A stretch of DNA of 61,057 bases, the filler included, from Sphacelaria rigidula (lineage: Eukaryota), in assembly GCA_964200075.2 (NCBI GenBank). It is 5 parts of 5 records of this genome, joined end to end, with 100 filler letters (N's around TTAATTAATTAA, not from the genome) between each part and the next. Parts side by side here need not be neighbours in the genome. Positions count along the whole stretch, not along the records: positions 1 to 12,134 come from CAXNAA020004090.1; 4 more parts are not named here. The stretch is one strand, 5' to 3'. The notes under the pieces were generated by a model. The model did no database searches. It was given only the letters and a program-made list of their open reading frames with translations, and had not been told where the DNA came from. Shown here one piece after another: positions 1-9,604 of this stretch. Made by a program: the position numbers and the translations under genes. Numbering within the stretch: position 1 is the stretch's first letter; each line of letters starts with the position of its first letter.

Positions 1-588
1 CTCATTGCGGGCGGCCGCGTCGCTCCGACGAACATGCCCACACACCCCCGCACGCCCCCCCCCCCCCCCCCTAAACCAGCCCAAAAGTGTCACGAAAACA
101 AAGGTCATACAGCGCCTCATGTTTGGGTTCAGACTACATGAACCGCCTCATGTGGGCGACATTAGCGAGAACGAACCCAAGCGTGGGAATTCCCGGCTGC
201 TCGTGGTGCTCGGCTTTTTCCAATCCGATTTAGGTGAAGATTTTGCTTCCCCAAACCAAGCACTTTTTTCGGGGGGGGGGGGGACATCGTAGAAAGTGTC
301 TAATATAGGATAAACAGCATTTCCAGGTTACGATGCAATTCTGGATCTGCGGTCTCGGACAGTGACCGAAATATATATATTTGTACAACTTCGAAAAACG
401 TAGCTCGCGAACAAACCTACTATTGGATTACCAGCAGGTTAGCCGGATGCCTCAAAACGTACGTGATGCATCCGACGGCATTGTCAAGTTATATCGACGA
501 GCGCATCTGTTCCGTTTGCGTATAGCTACTCAAGCACTCGGCACTCGGACCTGATTCGAATACATTAAAGTAAAAAACATGTCAAAAA

Positions 589-905
589 CATTCCAAGGGT
601 CGAGACGAGTTTTTTTATTCGTTTAAAGCATACGTACGTGCGTATTGTGTAATCGATCCGTGCCGCACGAATCAATAAATCCTTGGGCTTTGTTTTCAGC
701 GTTGCACCCTAGGTACGCGCACCCCCAGATGGGCACGTCGACCGTAATATTGCAATGTTTGCGTACTGTCGAGACCTTTCTGACCCACGGTCAAGTTACT
801 CCTCTCTTTCGAGCGACCAAGTCTCCGAAGTCGTAGATGTGGTGATTCGAACCAGCGATGTTTTGTCCTGCCCTTGGAACATAACACAGAAAGTCGGCAT
901 CTCGC
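589..905 (+). repeat. Old dispersed repeat, homologous to about 44440-44730
   Basis: Collinear shared blocks ATTCCAAGGGTCG, ACGAATCAAT, GCTTTGTTTTCAGCGTTGCA, CTCTCTTTCGA, GTGATTCGAA and GTCGGCAT on two different scaffolds. Confidence 0.7.
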
Positions 906-1210
906 TCGGGGAGCATTGCGAACTAACTCCTCGGTAGTTGTCTCTGACTCGTCACCATGTTAGTGGTGCCTTGTGTGATGACTATCTCGTGGTATATGTA
1001 GTTGACACGCGATGGTCAATGCAGACGGATGCGAGCCCTGATATCGCCAGTAATCGCAGCTGCCAAGTATCTTCGTGATTTTACACACATCGCCATTAGC
1101 TCTACTGTGTCGTCTACTATACAGAATACATACGCTAACGTCATGGAGTACCATATGCGTCAGTTCCTTTCCCCCCCCCTCCCCCCCCCTCCTGTTTAAC
1201 AAACCTTCTA

Positions 1211-1488
1211 TGAGCAATGCTACGGTAGGGATTGCACTTTTCGTTTCCGGGTCTCTTTTTTGTAGAAGCCCAAATATATGGGGCTTACTCTGCGACCCAA
1301 ATCTCCGGGAATCGAACTCCCATAAACATGGTGTTTGCACGCAGGGGCCTTGTCGTGAATCGGCAATTTTTTCAATCTTTTTCAAGTAAAAATGATGCTG
1401 ATTCTCGAAATGGTCCGCCCAACACCCCGAGCAGCCCCGAGAAAAGGTTTCGCTAAAAAAAGTGCAATCCCTACCGTAGCATTGCCCC
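1211..1488. mobile_element. MITE with 28-bp perfect terminal inverted repeats, TA-flanked
   Basis: GCAATGCTACGGTAGGGATTGCACTTTT at 1214-1241 and its exact reverse complement at 1458-1485. TA at 1209-1210 and 1489-1490. No ORF inside. Confidence 0.85.
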
Positions 1489-2239
1489 TATACATATTTT
1501 ACACTTTGGGTGAAGAACTCCACAGCGGCAGAATGAAGGCATCCGCGGGGGTGGTCGAACGCACCCAGATTTTTTGTTGTTGTTGTAAAACTGATCTTCT
1601 TCTACACCTTTTCTATGGGATGTGCGGAGGTAGGTCTCTAGGCAACTCCGAACAAAACTCGTTCGCCTTGTTTGTTGTTTCTACTCACCACATTAGTTCG
1701 ATTTTTCCGAGTCGCGGTCAACTCGTAGCAATCTCTCTAAAGCGGTGTGCATCTTCACTCCGACTGCAGCGGCATACTTTCAAGACCTGAGCCAATTTCA
1801 GTGTAGGTCTGACTACGTCTGGTACCGTACTTGGATCGAGACTACCCACGCGAATTCGAGCTCGTGTAAATTTGGTGGTTGCACAATTGTTTCAGATGAG
1901 GACTACTACACCCCCTGCTACTGCATACGTTGTTCATTCTGTGCATGTGTTGCAACTCATGGATTGCATCCTCTTTCTCGCATATCACTCTTGGTATCAT
2001 GGTTGTCATGCGAATTCGTTTCCTCATGTTGGGGCGGGGAGTATTCATCTCGTCAACTATTCCGAACGCACAGTACAATATAAGATCCGCAGGCCAAATA
2101 TAGAAACGGTCGTGCACCCTACACAGAACCTGTTCCACGCAGTACAGACCAAAGGCACCAACAACCGTGCGCAAGAAATACATCATCCTGCTCTATCCTT
2201 CGTGTAGAATATCCCGACACTCTTCTGCCCATATCTCAC

Positions 2240-2531
2240 CGTCTTTAAAAATGGGCACGTGACACTTAGGACACCTCTTCGTGGACGATCCCATGTCCAC
2301 CGAAGCGTTCCTCGTACCCTTCCTCGCACCGTTCCTCACACCGCTCCTGTCACCGTTTCTCGCGCCGTTCCTTGCGCCGCTCCCTGTGCTGCTTCTCTGG
2401 TTCCCAGGGGCGCCGCCTTCAGCACCGCGCCCATCCTCCTCCACCTCATCTCCAGTTTCCCTGTTACAGTCAGGATCGCTATCGTTGTGGTTCTCACCGC
2501 CTTGCCAACCCGACGCGCTGGACGCACGAAC
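2240..2531 (-). CDS. Parkin-like RBR E3 ligase, exon with low-complexity linker and start of RING2 (gene partial)
   Basis: Acceptor taaagcag|GTT and donor GACG|gtgaga. Translation VRASSASGW...SSTKRCPKCHVPIFKDG resembles Parkin TTKPCPRCHVPVEKNG. Phase 0 matches the preceding exon. Confidence 0.85.
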
Positions 2532-3170
2532 CTGCTTTATTAATATTTTGGGATTCCGATTCCGAACTTTTCTTTTTTGTCGGGAGGACGGGGGGCATGG
2601 TTTCGAGCCTGTACATCATCTCTGCCGTGGAATCAAATCGGTTATTACGCATCGTCCCCCTAGAGACGCACTTTCAGCAGACCTGAGCGCGTCGTGTGGA
2701 GAGTGTATGTTGATTTGTGCTAACTGATGCGAAATTAAGAGAGACGACGGGAAAAACACACAACCGAATGTGTCAATTGCACGAAGACCATCGTAGTCTA
2801 AGATACGCTCCCCCGCGTGCTTCTGTACGCACTTCGCACAGAAGTTCCGTCTTGCGTCTTGCTCGAACACAAAAAAAGTAAGAGCGCATGTTTTTTGCTC
2901 CCAATAATCACGAAAGTTGTATCATTCGTTCGCGATTCAGGGAACTCCTTCTTCACCGTAAAAAAAAATAACACGTTTCATTTGCTTCTCTTCTTGCAGG
3001 CATCCATCCTACAACCCAAAATTTGGGACGACATGATCTCATGTTCTTCGACATACGCATGCTCAACATGACGCGCACACGGGAAGGAGAAGCCAACCGC
3101 ACGTCTGCGATTCTAACCCTAAGTCCGATGGCTTGTGGAAAGAACGACGGCCTCGGAATGAACGACCTAC

Positions 3171-3614
3171 CCCGTAGCAGCTCTCATCAGATCCGTGGGA
3201 GTGGCGACATACAGTGCACAAGGACGTACGGCACCCCGGGCACTCGATGTGGTATCCGTCGACGCTCTGTGATCCCGACGAATGTTCGACCCCTTCGTTT
3301 TCGGTTTTCCACCACGTCCAAGTCGAGATACGGGCAAGAGCCCGGTTTCTCGCTGCCGGGTTATCCTGGGTGCCGGATCGCGCGCCGGATCCAACAGCGC
3401 CGGATTCCGTGATGCCAGATCCAGATCCAGATCCAGATCCAGATCCAGATCCAGATCCAGACCCGTGTGCTTGTTGTTCCTGTTGTTGGACTTTTGCGGC
3501 ATCAGGGGCCACGCCACAGTGGCAGTTGGGGCACCAGATGATGCGCATGTCGGACGCGAGGTGTATGGCGCAGAACCGACGATACTTGACCATTTGCCTC
3601 GGCCCTAAGATTGC
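3171..3614 (-). CDS. Parkin-like RBR E3 ligase, IBR-domain exon
   Basis: Pyrimidine-rich acceptor cccattcccctcacag|GCA and donor GGG|gtaggt. 148 codons AILGPRQMVKYRRFCAIHLASDMRIIWCPNCHCG...IECPGCRTSLCTVCRHSHGSDESCYG show IBR Cys/His spacing. Confidence 0.88.
3415..3462. repeat. (CCAGAT)n hexanucleotide repeat encoding a Gly-Ser run in the IBR exon
   Basis: Seven perfect CCAGAT units plus CCAGAC. Reads GSGSGS on the minus strand. Confidence 0.95.
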
Positions 3615-4031
3615 CTGTGAGGGGAATGGGGAGGTTGAGGTTGTGGGGACGAAGAAACACAGTCGAAGAAGACGCCCGGGAGTGTCCGGTGAGATGAGCT
3701 GCCTGTGATCTCTTGACCAGTGAGCGATGATTGTCGTTACAGAGATACACCCACATGTATGTCGCTGTATAGGCACGGCGAGAGCTTCAGCACTACTCAC
3801 TGCTTGATGTGGATTTGTTCAGTGATCTCGTACGTGACCGTGCCTTCCTGTACTAGATGCACTGTTGTGAGCTATGACGTAGATCTACGCAAATTTTGTT
3901 CGTCGAGTGCGTACGGGAACGAGAGCGCGACCCGACAGCCATATCGTTGGCATGGGTAGAAGCTCGCACTAACTGCATCGCGATTCCCTTGGGTCGCCAG
4001 TCCAATCCTCTGCCGGGCAAATTACACGCAC

Positions 4032-4181
4032 CTCGAAGCAAACAGGGTCGATGAAGCTGTCTGCGCAGCCCATTGGACACCCCACGGTGTAACCATCAAA
4101 ATCGTGAGATGTCACGAGCCTGCAGTCGTTGACCCGGCTCTCGACGTAGACCTCGAAACAATTTAGACACATCACGTGAGA
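4032..4181 (-). CDS. Parkin-like RBR E3 ligase, exon with C-terminal part of RING1
   Basis: Acceptor cgcaacag|TCT and donor GAG|gtgcgt. SHVMCLNCFEVYVESRVNDCRLVTSHDFDGYTVGCPMGCADSFIDPVCFE resembles Parkin [42 protein letters not shown]. Confidence 0.88.
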
Positions 4182-5319
4182 CTGTTGCGGACTTTCACCA
4201 ACAGCCTCTCTGACGAATCACACGGGGACATGCGTGAAAAGCAGCGAGGTTGGCATCGGATCAGAACATAGGGTGGATCAGCGGTAAACTTGAGTGTAGG
4301 ACGGGGTAGCTGTCATGTCATGCATGCGAGTACCAGTTCTGCTCGATGATGCACAGTAAGAGGGTATTAGCTTGGTATTAGCTCGTTAATAAAGTGGACC
4401 GACGCAGAGTACCCGTAACTATGCCGATGCCGAACACCAACCTTATTCCCGTCCTAACCTCTACTGCCATCCCCAACCCCAACACCGGCCCGGGAAGTAT
4501 GCCTCCAGCACGACGTGAAACATTCTCGTTGGCTATAAAACCGAAATCCGCGTCGCGATGGAGGGCTTTGAGAGATGTATGATCAGTACGTAGCCGCCCT
4601 CCTGTCTTGTCCTCGGCAGACTGCAGGAAAGGTTATTGCTGCCGGAGAGCATCAAAATGCAACAACCTTCTCGGAAGTTTTACCGAGATTAGGTCACGAG
4701 GTTTCAACTTTGCCGTTCTTATTGCGAGTACTCTTCGTTTATAACGCTCGACCGGTTGCAACGGTATCGGCTAAATTTACCCAACATCAAGGGATCGGTA
4801 TCCCTACGTGTCATAATCCACCCGGCGAGAGATGATGAACGATACGTTCACGCTGAAGTGTCGCACACGACGTAGCACCCTTCGAAAACCGATTAAATAA
4901 TTTAACTCGCCCTCCCCAGTATGATAGACTACTTTTGAATATATATATATATATATATATGCTCCCCTGCATCTTTAGACTGCGACACTCTGGCGTCCAT
5001 CTCACCTGCTGGAGTTTTCACCAAAATTTCCGTCGTCTATCCTGGCGGAAATTTTTGTCAACCGCCGCTCCTGTAGAGAGGAATACGACGAGTATAGCCA
5101 GATGCACTTGAGGCGTTTTCCAGACCGTTGGTCAGCCGGCTTGCGTAGTTGAAATGGGAGTTATCTTGTACGGCGGTGCCGGGCCTGTCTGTACGCTTTG
5201 GGGGGGGGTCAGCTTCGGGCAAGACAGCAGTACTTGCGGGATTTGCGTCTGAAATCAGCAGTATCTTTAATCCAATACCTGATATTAACCCCGATTTTCT
5301 TCCGTGACACTTCTAGCCT

Positions 5320-5450
5320 CTTCCCTTCCTCGGGACGAGTCCATGGTCTCAACGGACCTACCTATCTCTCCCCCGGCACATGCCGTGCATCTTGTTATCG
5401 TGGATTGGATCATGATCAGCACTGCGTGACCGCGTCGACTGCCGTCAACA
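5320..5450 (-). repeat. Partial copy of SINE-like family B (see 40838-41130)
   Basis: 27-bp identity CCCTTCCTCGGGACGAGTCCATGGTCT with 40849-40875, then diverged collinear similarity (TCTCCCCGG, GGATTGG, TCAGCACT, ACCGCGTC). Confidence 0.7.
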
Positions 5451-5481
5451 CTTGTGCTCTCCTTACCCCCTCAGGCTTCAA

Positions 5482-5545
5482 CTCCGTCTCGAAAGGGATG
5501 CGTGGTCAACGGTCAAACGACTAAGGCAAGCCACAAATGAGTACG
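5482..5545 (+). mobile_element. 64-bp poly-C-associated element, copy A
   Basis: CTCCGTCTCGAAAGGG...AAATGAGTACG flanked by the near-duplication CCCCCTCAGGCTTCAA / CCCCCCTTCATGCTTCAA. Confidence 0.9.
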
Positions 5546-7279
5546 CCCCCCTTCATGCTTCAACGACGAAAAGCGAATACTACTTAGAAAAAAGACGTAT
5601 AGACTTCGTTCCATCTGCTGGGAATCGATATCCCCACGGTCGTGTTCGGTAGGGTATATCGGCTGAAGGTCGAGTATTTACATATATAAAAAAGGGGGTA
5701 TTTTACCGAAAATCTAGAAGCATTGCTTTCCAACGACGAAGCATCACAATCTTCGGCCTGTTTCCTGATCGGAGTGCTAAATTTGTGTGTGTGCGGGTGT
5801 GAAAATCTTAAACTTTTGTTTTCGACCTTCCCGGGCAGCAAACATAGACTCGAGGAGCAAAAAGAGAAGAATTTGGGGACACAAATGACGTGGAGCTGTC
5901 AGACGAGATCTTAGCAGTTCTGCCGCTCAATTTTCGTCGCCAAAACCTTGACAAGGCACGCCCTGATAATGATGCTCGTATGTCGAGGAGGATTGCAAAT
6001 CATGACTCTGTTATCGTTACCTCACCCTGACCTGGGCCCCAATGCTCCCCATGCCAACGTACGTATCGAGTACAAGGCGGAAAACTTCTCCACGCGATCA
6101 AGCGCCAATCGCCTTGCGCGCGGTAGTACAACAAACGATCTAGAACCGACAGAGGGCGTGTTTTGCTCTGGTAAGACTGGGAGAACGATTCGCCTAGCGG
6201 CGGCCGAAATCCAGCCGGCAACTATCCAATGTCGTAGTGGGGCGTTTATGTAAGTTTAGCTGGTAAATTTGGAGGACTTACAGGCTGCTTTTACTATCAT
6301 TGTTGTTTTCGCCCCATTAGCTCCATCTCTCGAACCCGTGGTCACGCAGCTGTATCGCGGTTTTTGGCAGTCGACGCAGCAACGGCTAGCCTTTGACCCG
6401 CATAGGGGTCTAAATGGGGGGGATGGCATAAGGGAATGGCGGCAATTGGTTCTTCGTGTGGAGTAACGACAAAAAATGTCTTCCTGGAAGCGAAACAACG
6501 CAGAGGAAACGAAGGAGGAGAAGAAATAGTAGGAAAATAAGTAATAGAAACATCAACTGAAAGTGGGAACTATATAGAGCATGTATCTGTATGGGAGATC
6601 ACATAAGTCTTCAGGACGGTGGCGGTTCCCCAGATACTATAGGTGATGGTAAATGAATTGGTCAATGGCCGAAAGCGCCAGGATATAGGCAGAGGTCTAT
6701 ATCAAGGGCGACGCGCATCACGACGTGGAATGTACATATATCAGTTGGGTACGTTTCCTCGTCGTGAATCCCATGTTGACTCTGCAATGGCGTCGCATAC
6801 TTTGGTACTGAATAAAGATTCCTAATGTACAGGAGGAGTACAATGTGTCGCTATATGATGGTTAGATACACCAATAGAGAAGTCTATGCGTAGAAGGTGG
6901 TGATGTCACACCACTGTGTGATCGCAGGTATACATACTAGCGCACATGAAAGCTGCATGCATGCAGAGCTTGCGGTTGCTGTCTCAATCTTCGGAACGTT
7001 AGCTGATGATAATTCTTTGAGTTTTTCATGGTTTTTCATGGCATGTGCGTCAAAACATGAACATGCGGCATGCACCTGTCGTCAATTGCCTCTCCTCGCG
7101 ACGCTCTGTGATCGGCAACCAGTCATATCCTCTGATCGGCTATCTCAGCCATGTCCATCAAACTTCAACGTTGGGCTACAAACACATGAACAAGCAAAGC
7201 ATTTATCCCACCGACTTTTACATAGCGGGTTTGGAACCACTTCCTCGATTCTCCCCTGCATCATCGCTTCGACTCACAG

Positions 7280-9604
7280 TCACGCCGCTCACCCATATAC
7301 AGCGTTTCTCTCGTGTGTCCTCTGAGCTCTTTGAGTGCGAACTCACAAGGTCGAAAAGGCTATGTCTGTTTCGAAACTTTTTTCGTGCTGGCTTCCTGTA
7401 GTTCGGGGACATTGTCGTGATTTCTTGAACGGAAACATCGCGCGATATATCTTTGTCTTGCAAAACGACATACCCACGGTACTTCATGAACGTCGTTCCA
7501 CGTAATGACCCCCTTCCTTAGCTTGGAGTGCCTTTCCATGGTGAACACGACTTGACTTTGACGAGATCTGCGCATTTCTGCAATGAAGGTCTTAACGCAG
7601 AGCCGGTAAACCTCTTCGGGCCCCACCCTCATAAGCGGCGAAGAGAGCGCTGTTACTGGCTGGTCGTTAGTGCAGAAAATGATGCACACAATCAAAGTCA
7701 ACCACGCACGCTCAAGAGTTGCAGAAAAAGACGTGCGGTTCATGCGTACCCCACCGGTCACAACAAGTACTACAGCAGTACAGTACAGTAATAGTCGAGC
7801 ACAGCACTGCACAGCGCTGCACAGCACCGCACCCCACAGTAGTGTACTATGCCCCATCTATGTCTAACCACGTCAAACACAGACGCGACTGCCAGCTCGA
7901 AGTCAGAGCAGCATCGGCGGGCGTTCGGGGTTGATCGCTGACCACCCAGTATATTCGTATACAGTACAGTATATATATATGCGGAGAAATGTGCCAGCAT
8001 CATCCACATTTACATCAATTTGTGTGCAGTAGTGCTCGCGGCTCTGTGCCCCGGATCACGTTGCAGCCAGCCATGGCTGGAGGGGATAAGTAGGAATGGC
8101 GGCTTCTGCCATCACTGCGTATCGCAGTCCTCACGTACTTTCGGTTCACCTGATCTCCCAGCTGCTCGTTGTGTTGGTAAATCGGATGGGTTGGCTTTTA
8201 GTTATGTCCACGGAGGGGGCTGGTATAGGGGCTCTCTTGTATAGTTTGCGTCTATTCTAAATCCAAATGATAAATGCTCGCGCAACATAATCAAGCCTTC
8301 TTCTAACTACAATCAGATGAAATATACCCGGGAGGGCCCAGGTCGTCTAAAAACTATCTCGGTGTCCTGTGTACCTCTTTGCAATTACTTGATCGAAGAA
8401 TAGGATTTGTTCTCGCCCCGACACGCTTTTCCTGTATGAACAAAAACACAATGCCCGTTTTTGGTCGCGGGTTCCTTCATCGCGCAACCCTCTGCTGATA
8501 TCATTCGTTCCACACCACCGGAAATTTAACCAATACGTCGTCAACACTACATTCATGTAAGACTGTATCACGCCCTGGGATCCAAAAGGGTGACGGGCCT
8601 GAATAATCTCGCAGCCTACTCGCCTCGCATCTGAAGCTGACGTTGATGCCCTCCACATGAGAAAGGCAGGCCAAGCAATTCTCGTCCTTGGAGCTCTTAT
8701 GAAATCCAGGTAACTTGAGCAGAAGATCATCGTCTCGATTTTTGCCCGATCCTGTTTCATTTCCACTTGCTAGCCCAGCATCTTCAACTTCAGCTTCACT
8801 CTCGCGTGGAGATGCGTATTCAGACGTGGTTCTTCTTGTGCTCTGGTGGGACGACAGATCGCCACTGTTGGTGCGGTGGTCTCCCCCAGCGCCGATGGTA
8901 TCCTGGTGTAAGATTGTTATGTACGTGAAGTACTCATCCACCCAAGAAGTCTTCGTTCAAAGTACCACCATGCAGCTGGCGTCCAATTCAATGAGAGTTC
9001 CCATCAACTTACAACCTCTGTCCACCTGGAATCACGGGGAGCATGGCTCACCGACCTGTGCGAGATTGCTAGTAATAGGTCACTGCAGACTATCTTGAGA
9101 AGTCTTGATATGCGAACGTACTGGCGACACGCTGAATTGGCCTTACATGTAGCACTATCGAGCAACGATTATCGTACAACACACGTCGACCGCTCCTGGT
9201 AGTGCACTGCACAGGTGCATCTTCATTCCGGTCAACCCTTTCCAGTAGGAATTGAGGCCTCTTACCTTGCTGTGACCTTTGCCTGGCCGTCTCCCTTTCA
9301 CCGATCCGCGTCCCTGACTCCCACCTTCATGAGGCCTTTTGATACCGCGGTTTTGATGTTCAACGCTTCCAGCCTCTGCCGCCGCCAGAACTGCCGCGTG
9401 TCGTCCAGCAGATACTGCAGCAGCAGACTTGGCTGCAATGCTAACGCTGCCACGCCTGGTCTTTGATGATTGGCCAAATTTCATGGGCGAGTGTTCGCAG
9501 AATCCATACTCGACCCCACAATCGGGGCACAGAGGTAATCCCGAGCGTGTGCGCTGTACCCAGCTGCTCGAAGCACCGCCTCCAGATTTCGACTGCGTGG
9601 ACAT
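7280..9604 (-). pseudogene. Decayed multi-exon coding remnant of unknown family, possibly TE-encoded
   Basis: Open first exon 9604-9266 (MSTQSKSGGG...CPDCGVEYGFCEH...GKGHSK|gtaag). Further exon-like segments near 9055-8500 and 7660-7280 have splice signals but contain stops or frame changes. Confidence 0.35.

Noticed and set aside
690-2125. Candidate final RING2 exon of the RBR gene (near 2120, 1915 and 725)
   Set aside because: None gives an in-phase GGC.H..C...C...C..C pattern after a valid acceptor. The exon is probably off-scaffold.
3214-3708. Plus-strand ORFs with PD or SR repeats
   Set aside because: Antisense shadows of the IBR exon and its hexamer repeat.
5482-5545. Permuted hammerhead ribozyme or tRNA in the 64-bp element
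   Set aside because: CGAAA and ATGAG are present, but the core reads CAAATGA rather than CTGANGA and stems I and III do not form. The A-box-like TGGTCAATGG has no B-box or cloverleaf.
6269-6530. Possible LINE/RTE C-terminal fragment
   Set aside because: Only a vague Trp pattern, with no RT motifs nearby.
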